Part shown: piece by piece, positions 20,253 to 30,328 of the stretch
How the letters are laid out: each line of letters begins with the position of its first letter
Numbering within the stretch: the stretch's first letter is position 1
Origin: Candidatus Omnitrophota bacterium
GTDB taxonomy: Bacteria; Omnitrophota; Gorgyraeia; Gygaellales; Profunditerraquicolaceae
Assembly (NCBI GenBank): GCA_028715415.1
Contig: JAQURX010000005.1
Location: 64,043-128,042, forward strand
Direction: 5' to 3'
DNA length: 64,000 bases
Program-made: the position numbers and the translations under genes
The notes under the pieces: model-generated
Database searches by the model: none
Told to the model about the DNA's origin: nothing
What the model saw: only the letters and a program-made list of their open reading frames with translations

Positions 20253-20748
20253 AATTTGGAACCAATGTTATTAATTCTATCGGAGAATCATACCTGCCGT
20301 TTCCATTTGTATCTTCAGCACCTGTGACATCTCCATCTAAATTTGCATCTTCTCCAATAATGCTATTTTTATTCCTAAATGAAGCCACTACCCTGACACG
20401 CAGAAGTAACCGGTCAATTACCACACCAACTTCAATCCTTCCTATTCCGATATTGTCCCCTGCAACACCGCTACCGCTCGGGATAAGAAAAGTTGTCCCA
20501 TTTAGCGCAGTAATGGCATCATAGCTTAAATTTTGCATCTCTTCCATGCGGGACTGGCAAGTATTAATTGCGATAGTTGAGTTTTTGCTTAACGTAGAAA
20601 GTAAAGAGGTATTTGCCAGCACAAGCAGGATGCCACTCATCGTGAAAGCTAAAATTCCAAGGGCCAAAAGTACCTCTGCCAATGCAAAAGCCCTATTCCC
20701 AGCTTTCTTCTTTCTTATTCTACTGCAAGCAGTTAAATTATCCTTCAT
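20242..20748 (-). CDS. PilV-like minor pilin / pseudopilin
   Basis: NRAFALAEVLLALGILAF N-terminal hydrophobic segment with Glu at +5, similar to PilV GFSLIEVLVAL. Confidence 0.5.
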   Translation of the reverse strand: MKDNLTACSRIRKKKAGNRAFALAEVLLALGILAFTMSGILLVLANTSLLSTLSKNSTIAINTCQSRMEEMQNLSYDAITALNGTTFLIPSGSGVAGDNIGIGRIEVGVVIDRLLLRVRVVASFRNKNSIIGEDANLDGDVTGAEDTNGNGRYDSPIELITLVPNYGV

Positions 20749-20793
20749 AATAAAAGTATACCATGAAAAAATACCGTTTTAAACTACTAACTG

Positions 20794-21546
20794 TTAAATT
20801 ATCGATTTTAATAGGTTCTGTGTATATTCTTCCATAGGCGCGCTGAATATCGCCTTAGATGAATTCTGCTCAACAATCCTGCCATTCTGCATGACAATTA
20901 CTTTATCGGATAGATACTTAATCACCGCTAAATTATGACTGATAAAGATATAGGTAAGGCTTAATTCTCTCTTTAATTTAGTAAATAATTCCAACATTTC
21001 AGCCTGAATTGTCAAATCAAGTGAAGAAATCGGCTCATCCAAAACAAGGAACTTTGGATTACTGGCAAGTGAGCGCGCGATACAAATCCTCTGGCGTTGG
21101 CCACCGGAAAATTCAATCGGGTATCTGCCAAGAACGGAATTTTCCAAACCAACCATATTTAACAATTCCATTGCTTTTGAGTGGAAACGCCCCTTCTCAA
21201 CAATCTTGTGGATTAAAAGCGGCTCAGACAATATATCAATAATTCGCATTTTAGGGTTAAGGCTATTATAAGGATTCTGAAAAATTATCTGTACGTCCTT
21301 CCTGAAATTATTTATCAATGAACTGTTAAAAACCACTTCTCCGCTGGTCGGTTTGATTAAATCAAGGATGACCTTTGCAAGGGTAGTTTTTCCAGATCCG
21401 GATTCTCCAACGATTCCTAATGTTTCAAATTGCCCTACCTCAAAGCTTATGTTATCAAGCGCCTTAACTATACCGCCTTCAGATTTAAATAATCCACGCT
21501 CAACTATAAAATCTTTGGAAACATTCTTTATCTGGACGATATTCAT
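20794..21546 (-). CDS. oppF: Oligopeptide/dipeptide ABC transporter ATP-binding protein
   Basis: Walker A GESGSGKTT, LSGGQRQR signature, Walker B. Confidence 0.85.
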   Translation of the reverse strand: MNIVQIKNVSKDFIVERGLFKSEGGIVKALDNISFEVGQFETLGIVGESGSGKTTLAKVILDLIKPTSGEVVFNSSLINNFRKDVQIIFQNPYNSLNPKMRIIDILSEPLLIHKIVEKGRFHSKAMELLNMVGLENSVLGRYPIEFSGGQRQRICIARSLASNPKFLVLDEPISSLDLTIQAEMLELFTKLKRELSLTYIFISHNLAVIKYLSDKVIVMQNGRIVEQNSSKAIFSAPMEEYTQNLLKSII

Positions 21547-22337
21547 AATCTACCGATTAATTGATAAGCCCGAATTAATTCTTTTGTATGAAAATGCACG
21601 GGCGAATTAAAAATCCTCTCTGTTTGGCCGGACTCAACAATTTTGCCTTTATACATTATATAAACCCTATCCGCTATTTTACGCGCGATTGCCAAATTAT
21701 GAGTAATAAAAAGAAGCGAAAACCCGAATTCTTTTTTCAGATTAACCAATAAATCAAGTATCTGGGATTCAATTGTTACATCAAGTGAAGTGGTCGGCTC
21801 ATCTGCAATCAGAAGTTTTGGTTTTAAGGCTAACGCCATTGCGATAAAAGCCCTTTGGTTCATCCCTCCAGAAAGCTGATGCGGATAATCATACATAACT
21901 CTCTCCGGGTCCTTAATCCTTACCAGCCTAAGCAAATCAAGTGCCACATAATAAGCTTCTTCTTTAGGCTTATCATTATGAAGCATTATTGCTTCCATTA
22001 TTTGATTGCCGATTGTGTAAACCGGATTTAAGTAGCTCACTGGCTCTTGGAAAATATAAGCAATTTCCTGCCCCCTTACTTTTACCAGTTCGCTTTCCCT
22101 TAACCCTGATAAATCTACGCCATTAAAAATGATACTTCCACTGGTTAACTTTGCATTCTTAGGTAAGATTTTAGTTACCGACAAAGCGCTTATGGTTTTA
22201 CCCGATCCCGATTCCCCTGCTAAAACAACAATTTCATTATTTCTAATACTTAGATCAACTCCATCAACAGCGCTGATAGACTGCCCTCCTAAATCAAATT
22301 CCACTTTTAGATTATTAATATCCAATAGATTAGCCAT
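21543..22337 (-). CDS. oppD: Oligopeptide/dipeptide ABC transporter ATP-binding protein
   Basis: Walker A GESGSGKT, LSGGMNQR signature. Confidence 0.85.
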   Translation of the reverse strand: MANLLDINNLKVEFDLGGQSISAVDGVDLSIRNNEIVVLAGESGSGKTISALSVTKILPKNAKLTSGSIIFNGVDLSGLRESELVKVRGQEIAYIFQEPVSYLNPVYTIGNQIMEAIMLHNDKPKEEAYYVALDLLRLVRIKDPERVMYDYPHQLSGGMNQRAFIAMALALKPKLLIADEPTTSLDVTIESQILDLLVNLKKEFGFSLLFITHNLAIARKIADRVYIMYKGKIVESGQTERIFNSPVHFHTKELIRAYQLIGRL

Positions 22338-23128
22338 TATCCGATCTTCTTTTTTAAACCTTCACTTAAGAAATTAAAACCTAATATAGTAACAAGAATT
22401 GCCAAACCCGGGAAAACCGTAATCCACCAGGCGACTCCTAATGTTGATTTTGCCTCAATAAGAATATTACCCCAGCTGGGGACAGGCGGTTGAACACCAA
22501 GTCCTAAGAAACTTAAACCCGACTCTAGAAGAATTGCTCCCGCAATACCCAAAGTTGCATTAACTAATACCGGCCCAATTGCATTCGGGATTAGGTGCCG
22601 AGATATTATCCTAAAATTTGAGGCTCCGATTGCTCGCGAGGCTTGGATAAACTCTCTTTCTTTCAGCGTCAGTATTTCAGCTCTGACAAGCCGTGCGACA
22701 CCCATCCAACTGGTTAAACCGATGATAATCATAATATTAAAAATCGACGGCTCAAGCATTGCCACAACAGCCAAGATTAAAAAGAACGTCGGAAAACAAA
22801 GCATAATATCAACAAAGCGCATAATAATCATATCAATTAACCCGCCGTAAAAACCAGCTATTGAGCCTAAAATCAGCCCAAGCAGAGTTGCAATGCCAAC
22901 TGCAATTAAACCGATGCTTAAAGAAATTCTTGCCCCATAGATAATCCGGCTTAATATATCCCTTCCTAAGCTATCAGTCCCCAATAAATGTTTGGATGAC
23001 GGAGCCATAAGTAGATTATTCTGGTCAATAATTGAAGGTTCATATGGACTGATTATCGGCGCAAAGATTGCAATCAGGCTAAAAAAACCAATAATTATTA
23101 TTCCCGCTAACAAAGCTTTGTTTTTCAT
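22337..23128 (-). CDS. oppC: Oligopeptide ABC transporter permease
   Basis: 263 aa, BPD_transp_1 permease with EAA-like loop. Confidence 0.85.
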   Translation of the reverse strand: MKNKALLAGIIIIGFFSLIAIFAPIISPYEPSIIDQNNLLMAPSSKHLLGTDSLGRDILSRIIYGARISLSIGLIAVGIATLLGLILGSIAGFYGGLIDMIIMRFVDIMLCFPTFFLILAVVAMLEPSIFNIMIIIGLTSWMGVARLVRAEILTLKEREFIQASRAIGASNFRIISRHLIPNAIGPVLVNATLGIAGAILLESGLSFLGLGVQPPVPSWGNILIEAKSTLGVAWWITVFPGLAILVTILGFNFLSEGLKKKIG

Positions 23129-24099
23129 TTTTTAAACCTTACCCTTGGATCAACATACGCATAACTGATATCAGCGATTAAATTCCCAAGCATTGTTAAA
23201 ACTGCACCCAAAACAACTTCAGCCATAATCAATGGATAGTCACGCGTCATTACAGCTTCATAAAATAAACGGCCGATACCCGGAAGAGCAAAAATTGACT
23301 CAAAGATAACACTTCCTCCTAAAAGCCCGGGAATTGATAAACCTAAAATAGTAACAATCGGCATAATTGCATTTCTAAGCGCGTGTTTATAAAGAACCAC
23401 ATTTTCCGGTAAACCTTTTGAACGGGCTGTATAAATATACGGCTGATTCAAAACTTCAATCATACTTGAACGCATATATCGGGAAATTCCCGCCAAGCCT
23501 CCGATGCATGAAACAAAAACAGGCAGCATCAAATGCCTGCTTAAATCTGCAATTTTCCCCCAAAAGCTATAATATTCAAAATCCAAAGAAGTGATTCCGG
23601 AAATTGGCAGCCATCCTAATGTTATCCCGAATAAATTCATCAGAAGCAAAGCCAGCCAAAAAGTAGGCATGGCAAAACCGATAAAAACAAAGATAGTCGT
23701 GATTTTATCAAATGCCTGATTTGGCCTGATTGCGCTTCTTACTCCCAATGCAATTCCAAGAATAAGAATTATTATTAAAGATAGGACATTTATAACTAAA
23801 GTTATGGGGATTTTTTCCAGGATTTTATTTAAGACTGGGCGGCCATCGCTAAATGAATTGCCAAAATCAAATTTAACCAACTTTTTAACCCAATTAAAAT
23901 ATTGTTCATGCAGAGGCTTATCAAGGCCATATAATTTCTCAAGCCTATGGCGGACCTCTAAAGAAACCTTAGGGTTAAGCGATTGCTGAATCTCAGTAGG
24001 CTTTCCCGGGGCAAGATGAATAATAAAAAAACTAATAATCGTAATGCCGAAGAAAATCGGCAGAAGCATCAATAATCTTTTCGCTAAATATTTAATCAT
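23125..24099 (-). CDS. oppB: Oligopeptide ABC transporter permease
   Basis: 324 aa DppB/OppB-type permease. Confidence 0.85.
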   Translation of the reverse strand: MIKYLAKRLLMLLPIFFGITIISFFIIHLAPGKPTEIQQSLNPKVSLEVRHRLEKLYGLDKPLHEQYFNWVKKLVKFDFGNSFSDGRPVLNKILEKIPITLVINVLSLIIILILGIALGVRSAIRPNQAFDKITTIFVFIGFAMPTFWLALLLMNLFGITLGWLPISGITSLDFEYYSFWGKIADLSRHLMLPVFVSCIGGLAGISRYMRSSMIEVLNQPYIYTARSKGLPENVVLYKHALRNAIMPIVTILGLSIPGLLGGSVIFESIFALPGIGRLFYEAVMTRDYPLIMAEVVLGAVLTMLGNLIADISYAYVDPRVRFKK

Positions 24100-24106
24100 A
24101 TTTTAC

Positions 24107-24284
24107 TGGATCCCTGCTGGAGTTTATCCCTGCGAAAGCAGGGACAGGGATGACAATCGCATGTCATTCCCGCGCCCTTCTGTCATTCCCGCGTTCTTCA
24201 TGTCATTCCCGCGAAAGCGGGAATCTACGCTATTTAGTGGATCCCTGCTTTCGCAGGGATGACATTGCCCTGCAGGGATGACAG
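24107..24284. repeat. Composite palindromic element filling the oppA-oppB intergenic region
   Basis: B-variant hairpin + three TGTCATTCCCGCG(CCCTTC) half-sites + hairpin A + hairpin B + extra CCCTGCAGGGATGACA. Confidence 0.85.
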
Positions 24285-24288
24285 CTTC

Positions 24289-25911
24289 TTATCTACTAGA
24301 TATTACCGTCTTATATCTTTGCTTTCCTAGAGGCACCCACCAATCAATGAAATTATATCCAATGCCAATCGGCTCAAGTTTCACACCTTGGAAACGGCTG
24401 TGCAAAACAGACAATCCATCCGGAACATACAAAAACATATAAGGCTGTTCATCGTAAAGTATTTCCTGGATTCTATGGTAACAAGCTTTTCTCTCTTCCT
24501 GATTAAATGTCCTGCGCGCGGAAGTTAATAAGTTATCAACCTCTTCATTTTTATAGCCGATAAAATTAAATTCACCTTCTTTTGTTTTTGATGAATGCCA
24601 AATATCAAAATTATCCGGCTCGCGACCCAGCCCCCAGCCAAGCAAAACCGATTCAAAATTTTTCTTATCAATAAATTCTGTTAAAAATACACTCCATTCC
24701 AAAACTTTTACATTAACTTTTATTCCTACATCCTTGAGCCTGCGCTGAATAATTTGCGCAACTTTCAGTCGTTCTTCATTGCCCTGATTGGTAATAATTG
24801 TAAATTCAAACCTTTTCCCATCTTTTTCAAGCCAGCCATTCTTATTAATCCAACCGCACTCTCTTAATAATTCTTTTGCTTTTTTAGAATCAAATTGAGC
24901 GGGTTTTACCTTATCATTAAATGCCCATGAATTTGGGACAAACGGCCCTGTGCAAATCTTGCCTAATCCTAAGAGCACAATATTGATTATTTCATTTTTG
25001 TCTACAGCATAATTAAGCGCCTGCCTGACTCTTTTATCCTTAAACTTAGGATTGTTCAAATTAAATCCTAAATAGATATAAGTAAAACTCGGCACTTTAA
25101 ATTTGCGATAATTCTTCTGGAAGAAAGGCGTGTCTGTTTGACGGGTAAATTGCAATGGGGTAAGCCCGGCAGAATCAAGCCCTTGCGTCTGCAGCTCTAA
25201 AAAAATAGTTGATTCATCAGGAATTACCCTGAATATTTCACGGTCAAGATAAGGCCTGTGTTCAAAATAATTTCGGTTTGAAGCTAATTCTATCTTCTCC
25301 TGGCTTTTCCATGATTTAAATTTATAAGGGCCGGTGCCGATAGGATGACGGGAGAATTTCGTTGTATTTAAATCCTCTTTTTCTAAAAGATGCTTCGGGA
25401 TAATTGACATCCCCCAGCTGGCAAGGCCCGGAGCAAATGGTTCTTTGTAAGTAACTTTAACGGTATAATCGTCAATCACCTCTAAAGACTTAATCCTTTC
25501 AAAATCCCCACTGTAGGGCGTCCTGATTTTAGGGTCAATTAATTTCTGGTAGGTAAACTCCACATCCGAGGCAGTAAAAGGAAACCCATCGTGCCACTTA
25601 ACATTTTTTCTTAAATGAAAAATTATGGTTAACCCGCCGTCTTTTATCTCCCAGCTTTCCGCCAGATCTCCAACTAAATTTATATCTTTATCATACTTAA
25701 CTAACCCGTTAAAAATCAGCCCGCTTGCTGACTGGGAAGCGGAATCGGAAGCAAGTAACGGCAAAAGATTCCTTGCGTCAGCAATTGAACCTGAAACAAT
25801 AGCATCACCATAATCTTTTGCAAAACTTTGGGAAAGAAATACAAACAAAAAAGCTACCAAGAAAATCGGTAGCTTAAATTGTTTTATTACTGTAACCTTT
25901 GAGTTATTCAC
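24289..25911 (-). CDS. oppA: ABC transporter substrate-binding protein, family 5 (OppA/DppA-like)
   Basis: 540 aa, signal peptide, SBP_bac_5 sequence features. Confidence 0.85.
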   Translation of the reverse strand: MNNSKVTVIKQFKLPIFLVAFLFVFLSQSFAKDYGDAIVSGSIADARNLLPLLASDSASQSASGLIFNGLVKYDKDINLVGDLAESWEIKDGGLTIIFHLRKNVKWHDGFPFTASDVEFTYQKLIDPKIRTPYSGDFERIKSLEVIDDYTVKVTYKEPFAPGLASWGMSIIPKHLLEKEDLNTTKFSRHPIGTGPYKFKSWKSQEKIELASNRNYFEHRPYLDREIFRVIPDESTIFLELQTQGLDSAGLTPLQFTRQTDTPFFQKNYRKFKVPSFTYIYLGFNLNNPKFKDKRVRQALNYAVDKNEIINIVLLGLGKICTGPFVPNSWAFNDKVKPAQFDSKKAKELLRECGWINKNGWLEKDGKRFEFTIITNQGNEERLKVAQIIQRRLKDVGIKVNVKVLEWSVFLTEFIDKKNFESVLLGWGLGREPDNFDIWHSSKTKEGEFNFIGYKNEEVDNLLTSARRTFNQEERKACYHRIQEILYDEQPYMFLYVPDGLSVLHSRFQGVKLEPIGIGYNFIDWWVPLGKQRYKTVISSR

Positions 25912-25913
25912 CC

Positions 25914-26288
25914 TTAAGGAGTTTTTTTAGGTGTTTCCTGTGTTGCTGGTGTTTTAGGCTCTTCTTTTTGCGGTGTTACTTGCTGGGTTGTTGTTGCTGC
26001 TGTTGCTGCTGGCTGAGCAGCCTGTGTTACAGCTGCAGGCTTTACCCCTCTCATCAACGATTTGCTCTGCCTAACAGACATAATCGCTAAAGATAAACAG
26101 GTTATAAAGAAAATTACACTTAAAACACTTGTTGAGCGCGTAAGGAATTCATTGGTTTTTGTACCAAACATAGACTCAACACCCGCGAAACTCTCAACTA
26201 AACCGCCGCCTCTTCCTCTTTGAACCAAAACCAAAACAATCAATAATATACAAACAATTACATGGACCGCAATAATCAAAATTATCAT
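25914..26288 (-). CDS. secG: Preprotein translocase subunit SecG
   Basis: 124 aa, two TM helices with QRGRGGG loop; conserved tpiA-secG order. Confidence 0.75.
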   Translation of the reverse strand: MIILIIAVHVIVCILLIVLVLVQRGRGGGLVESFAGVESMFGTKTNEFLTRSTSVLSVIFFITCLSLAIMSVRQSKSLMRGVKPAAVTQAAQPAATAATTTQQVTPQKEEPKTPATQETPKKTP

Positions 26289-27058
26289 TTTCTAACCTCA
26301 CTCGCTTTCTTTACAATTTCGGTAAATGACTCTACTTTAAGGCTTGCACCACCTACTAAAGCCCCATCAACGTCAGGCTGACTCATCAACTCAGTAGTAT
26401 TTTCCGGTTTTACGCTTCCGCCATATTGAATTCTAATCTCATTAGCTGTGTTTTCATTATACATCTTTTTTAACAAATCACGAATATATTTATGTGCTTC
26501 CTGAGCCTGTTGAGGCGTTGCAGTCTTTCCAGTGCCAATTGCCCACACAGGTTCATAAGCGATAACAACTTTTAAAGCATCGGTTGCGCTAACATCTTTA
26601 AGCCCGCCTTTAACATGATCTTCTAAAACTTTAAAGGTAAGATTCTTTTCTCTTTCTGCTAAAGTTTCCCCTACGCACATAATTGGCGTCAAGCCATGTT
26701 GCAAGATAGCTTTTAATCTCTTATTTACTGTCTCATTGGTCTCGCCGAAGAACTGCCTGCGCTCGGAATGCCCTATGATAATATATTTACAACCGGCATC
26801 TTTCAACATCTTACAAGAAACTTCCCCTGTAAATGCGCCTTCATCCTGCCAATAAGCATCCTGTGCCCCTAAAGCAATATCAGTTTCAATTATTACTTCA
26901 TTAACTTCGCTTAATGCGGTATATGGAGGGCATAAAACTACATCGACATTAAGGCTGTCAACCTTAAAAATCTCTCTTTTTAAGCCATTTGCCAGCTCAA
27001 TTGCTTCATTAATTGTTTTGTACATCTTCCAGTTTCCCGCGATAATTATTTTTCTCAT
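26285..27058 (-). CDS. tpiA: Triosephosphate isomerase
   Basis: 257 aa; [11 protein letters not shown] and GHSERR motifs. Confidence 0.95.
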   Translation of the reverse strand: MRKIIIAGNWKMYKTINEAIELANGLKREIFKVDSLNVDVVLCPPYTALSEVNEVIIETDIALGAQDAYWQDEGAFTGEVSCKMLKDAGCKYIIIGHSERRQFFGETNETVNKRLKAILQHGLTPIMCVGETLAEREKNLTFKVLEDHVKGGLKDVSATDALKVVIAYEPVWAIGTGKTATPQQAQEAHKYIRDLLKKMYNENTANEIRIQYGGSVKPENTTELMSQPDVDGALVGGASLKVESFTEIVKKASEVRK

Positions 27059-27059
27059 C

Positions 27060-28241
27060 TTATTTCTCCGTAAGTGCCGCGACCCCGGGAAGAACCTTGC
27101 CCTCTAAGAATTCAAGGCTTGCGCCTCCGCCGGTTGAAACATGAGACATTTTATCATCAACTTTAAACTTAGCAACTGCAGCAGCAGTATCTCCCCCGCC
27201 GATAATTGAAGTGCATTTAAGAGTAGCGATAAATTTAGCGACTTCCGCTGTCCCTTTACTAAAAGCATCCATTTCAAAGATTCCTAACGGGCCATTCCAA
27301 ACTATTGTTTTTGCATTCTTTAGCTCAGATTCAAATAATACAATTGTCTTTGGGCCAATATCAACAGCGATTTTACCATCAGGAATATTCTCGCCTACAA
27401 TTTCAGACTTCGCATTAGCATCAACAGTTTCAACAACCAAGTTATCTATGGGTAACAAAATCTTCTTCTTTAATGAATCTGCTTTTGCAAGAATTGATTT
27501 TGCTAAATCAATCTTATCTTTCTCTAATTTTGAATTTCCTATCGGTTTACCCTGGGCTTTTAAGAAAGTATATGCCATACCGCCGCCGATAATAATCGCA
27601 TCACATTTTGGCAATAAATTCTCAATCATTCCTATTTTATCCGAAACTTTAGCTCCACCTAAAATTGCTACATACGGATGGGCTGGATTCTGTGTGGCAT
27701 CTCCTAAATATTTAATTTCCTTCTCTAAAAGAAAACCTGCGGCAGCCTTCAAGTAATGAGCAACACCCTCAGTTGAGGCATGGGCGCGGTGTGCAGTCCC
27801 AAAAGCATCATTAACATAAACATCTCCTAAGCTTGCCAGCTGTTTGGCAAAATTCGCATCGTTAGCTTCTTCTTCAGCGTGAAATCTTAAATTCTCTAAA
27901 AGGATAATTCTCTCTTTAGCAGCATCAATTTCTTTTTTAACTGCATCGCCAACACATTCATTAATAAATTTAACCGGTTCACCCAATAAATCCTTTAACC
28001 TGTCAGCAACCGGCTTAAGGCTGTATTTTGCAACAACTTTGCCATCCGGCCTGCCTAAATGACTCATTAAAACTAATTTTTTTGCTCCATTTTGTAAAAT
28101 GTATTTTATGGTTGGAATTGTGGCTTTAATTCTTGTATCATCGGTAATCTTTAACTCAGCATCTTGCGGGACATTAAAATCAGCACGCATTAAAACAGTT
28201 TTATTCTTTAAGTCTAAATCTTTAATCGTGATTTTTGCCAT
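27060..28241 (-). CDS. pgk: Phosphoglycerate kinase
   Basis: Canonical PGK sequence. Start set at [11 protein letters not shown] (ATG 28241), preceded by GGAGGATAAACAA; the track start 28256 adds MEDKQ and would leave almost no leader after the predicted promoter. Confidence 0.93.
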   Translation of the reverse strand: MAKITIKDLDLKNKTVLMRADFNVPQDAELKITDDTRIKATIPTIKYILQNGAKKLVLMSHLGRPDGKVVAKYSLKPVADRLKDLLGEPVKFINECVGDAVKKEIDAAKERIILLENLRFHAEEEANDANFAKQLASLGDVYVNDAFGTAHRAHASTEGVAHYLKAAAGFLLEKEIKYLGDATQNPAHPYVAILGGAKVSDKIGMIENLLPKCDAIIIGGGMAYTFLKAQGKPIGNSKLEKDKIDLAKSILAKADSLKKKILLPIDNLVVETVDANAKSEIVGENIPDGKIAVDIGPKTIVLFESELKNAKTIVWNGPLGIFEMDAFSKGTAEVAKFIATLKCTSIIGGGDTAAAVAKFKVDDKMSHVSTGGGASLEFLEGKVLPGVAALTEK

Positions 28242-28267
28242 TTGTTTATCCTCCATTTGAAGCGTTT

Positions 28268-28343
28268 AATATATATTAAATACAATAATTTGTCAAGAAA
28301 AAACCTCAATATACCTTGACAAAGCCCTGCAATAGGATATACT
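28268..28343. promoter_or_regulatory. Back-to-back divergent sigma70 promoters (pgk on minus, exosortase on plus) whose -35 hexamers form the palindrome TTGTCAAG-N18-CTTGACAA
   Basis: Minus: TTGACA(28296-28291)-N17-TATATT(28273-28268). Plus: TTGACA(28316-28321)-N16-TATACT(28338-28343). Confidence 0.45.
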
Positions 28344-28383
28344 TATATTCCTATTAAAATAGTTTAAAAAGTTCAAATTTACC

Positions 28384-29202
28384 ATGATAAATCTTAACTA
28401 TATAATCTGGGCACTTATCGCAACCCTATATGCCCCAACATTCTACTTCCTTTATCGTTCAGGCTGGGAATATATTGACTATACCCATGCTTATTTCATT
28501 TTACCTGTCTCTTTAGGGCTTATTTGGTATAAGCGGGCTTACCTAAAGAAAGCTTTTGATAAATCAATCCCTACTGTTGTTTCAAAAACAGGCCTGGCGC
28601 TTTTTATTGCTTCAGCTGCGCTCTTTATTATTGGCTATAGAAATGGTTTTAATTTTATTGCTACATTCTCCCTCATACCTCTTTTATTCGGCTTATCACT
28701 TTATTTATATGGCAGAAAAGTAACCAGAGCCTTAGTTTTTCCTTTTTCCTACCTTTTCTTGCTTGTTCCTATTCCAAGCGGGATATTAGACAGTATTACT
28801 GTTCCCATGAGATACGGAATTTCAGTTCTCACCGAAATTATACTTAAAACATTTAACTATCCAATAACCAGAGAGGGCTTGCTTTTAAAACTACGAAGCC
28901 ATGAAATTTATATGGGCGCTCCTTGCAGCGGGTTCCGATCGCTTATCACAATGATTTCTTTAGGGCTTGTATACGTATATTTAAGCAAGAATAACCGGAA
29001 AAATAAGATTCTTCTCTTATCATCAATTATTCCGTTTGCTTTAATCGGAAATCTCATAAGAGTAGTCTCAATGTGTTTGGTAACTTTTTATTTTGGCGAT
29101 TCAATTGGCCAAAAATACCATGACATAAGCGGATATATGATTTTTGTTTTCCTTATTCTTGGTTTAGTCGGTTTGGAAGCATTACTTAATAAACGAAAAT
29201 GA
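28384..29202 (+). CDS. Exosortase family protein (EpsH/XrtA-like polytopic membrane transpeptidase)
   Basis: 272 aa, ~8 TM; conserved Cys in APCSGFRS and downstream Asn/Arg in GNLIRV, as in exosortase/archaeosortase active sites; adjacent to four PEP-CTERM genes. Confidence 0.6.
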   Translation: MINLNYIIWALIATLYAPTFYFLYRSGWEYIDYTHAYFILPVSLGLIWYKRAYLKKAFDKSIPTVVSKTGLALFIASAALFIIGYRNGFNFIATFSLIPLLFGLSLYLYGRKVTRALVFPFSYLFLLVPIPSGILDSITVPMRYGISVLTEIILKTFNYPITREGLLLKLRSHEIYMGAPCSGFRSLITMISLGLVYVYLSKNNRKNKILLLSSIIPFALIGNLIRVVSMCLVTFYFGDSIGQKYHDISGYMIFVFLILGLVGLEALLNKRK

Positions 29203-29834
29203 AAAATAAAAAAGAAATTCTAGTTATAGCAGTTCTTTTATTCTCCGTCGCTGTAAGCTTCGGGATTCCAAAACCAAAATACGAAAGCCTTAATATATTA
29301 TCAAAAATTGACGTGCCATGGAGAACCAATTACTGGATTAGCCAAGACGTATCAAATAAATTTGACACTCGGGACCAGCGATATAACTTTATCGGTAATA
29401 TCTTCGGCCGCGCTTACGTTAACAGGTTAGGCGAGAGATTGCTTTTCTTAATCTTAGATGCGGGGAATTTCCATAATCCAAAGGTTTGCTTTGGAGGTTC
29501 AGGATATAAAATTAGTGACTTCGCTGACACTCAACTAAAAGTTGGAAACAAGGTTTTTGTAGCTAAAACACTTTATGTTCAAAAAGAATCAGAAAATACG
29601 CTACTTGTTTACTGGATCTGCATTGATAAAAAGATTGTAAACTGGGGTGGACAAAAGATACTTGAATTCTGGAATACATTATTGAATAAAAAGAAAGCGG
29701 GATTAATGCTGCGGCTTGAAATCCCTACAACCGAAGGAAACATTCCAAACGCTCAAAGACTTGCCAATGAATTCCTCAACGAAATCGCTTCAAACATCAA
29801 ACCCGACCAAGCCGAATACCTCTTTGGTAAATAG
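29199..29834 (+). CDS. EpsI-like exosortase-associated periplasmic protein
   Basis: 211 aa, N-terminal TM anchor, translationally coupled to the exosortase (ATGA overlap). Confidence 0.4.
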   Translation: MKNKKEILVIAVLLFSVAVSFGIPKPKYESLNILSKIDVPWRTNYWISQDVSNKFDTRDQRYNFIGNIFGRAYVNRLGERLLFLILDAGNFHNPKVCFGGSGYKISDFADTQLKVGNKVFVAKTLYVQKESENTLLVYWICIDKKIVNWGGQKILEFWNTLLNKKKAGLMLRLEIPTTEGNIPNAQRLANEFLNEIASNIKPDQAEYLFGK

Positions 29835-29860
29835 CATTTCTTAATTAGTATAATAATTCT

Positions 29861-30037
29861 GGATCCCTGCTTTCGCAGGGATGACAAACTATACTCCAAA
29901 TCTTAACTGTTTTTTATGCCATCTAAGCGTCTTTTATGTCATTACCTGAACCTTGTCATTCCCAGAACCTTGTCATTCCCTGAACTTTGTCATTCCCTGA
30001 ACTTTGTCATTCCCGCGAAAGCGGGAATCTACGCTAT
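29861..30037. repeat. Repeat element: hairpin B, 47-bp spacer, four tandem CTTTGTCATTCCCTGAA half-site units, hairpin A
   Basis: ggatccctgctttcgcagggatgacaa ... cttgtcattcccagaaccttgtcattccctgaactttgtcattccctgaactttgtcattcccgcgaaagcgggaatctacgctat. Confidence 0.85.
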
Positions 30038-30328
30038 ATCCTTATATAAATCTCTCCAATGGGAATTTCTTTTCTCAATCAACTCAATCTTCCAAACTCT
30101 TTTCCACTTTTTTATACATTTCTCACGAATAATCGCACTATTGATATCTTCCGCTATTTCATAGTAAACTAAATCGTGGACACGATATTTTTTAGTAAAT
30201 CCTTCAATAATATCATTTTTATGTTCGTATACCCTTAACAACAAATTATTAGTAACCCCAGTATATAACGTACCTTTCTTTCCGCTTGCCATAATATATA
30301 CATAATAACTTTTATCCATATCTGTCAT
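30029..30328 (-). CDS. GIY-YIG nuclease-domain protein (UPF0213-like, ~96-99 aa)
   Basis: YYVYIMASGKKGTLYTGVTNNLLLRVYEHKN = GIY-YIG motif with conserved R and E. Last three codons and TAG lie inside hairpin A; annotated ATG lies inside a TGTCATTCCC half-site, so the true start may be the M at 30319. Confidence 0.75.
   Translation of the reverse strand: MTDMDKSYYVYIMASGKKGTLYTGVTNNLLLRVYEHKNDIIEGFTKKYRVHDLVYYEIAEDINSAIIREKCIKKWKRVWKIELIEKRNSHWRDLYKDIA

Noticed and set aside
24044-24262. ORF-track entries translating the repeat arrays, with peptides such as MSFPRPSVIPAFFMSFPRKRES... The same type occurs at 29916..30164, 34258..34533, 36850..37125, 49863..50117 and 56147..56344.
   Set aside because: They lie entirely within the palindromic repeat elements. 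The shared peptide motifs (SFPRKRES, VIPA) are simply translations of TGTCATTCCCGCGAAAGCGGGAAT in one frame. There are no SD sequences, and they overlap or oppose neighbouring real genes.
27060-28256. Track N-termini for pgk (MEDKQ...). The same issue affects the ORF6N paralog 1 (30429..31040, MLDFAS...) and the small membrane protein (49997..50359, MSSLRKQ...).
   Set aside because: The upstream extensions lack SD sequences, run into repeat elements or the promoter, and internal ATGs have strong GGAGG sites at correct spacing. Starts were moved to 28241, 30941 and 50263.
29935-30045. Possible CRISPR array: regularly spaced direct repeats of TGTCATTCCC.
   Set aside because: The repeat unit is only 10-19 bp with essentially no unique spacers. 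There are 2-4 units at most, and no cas genes. The units are sub-terminal half-sites of a palindromic element, not a CRISPR repeat.
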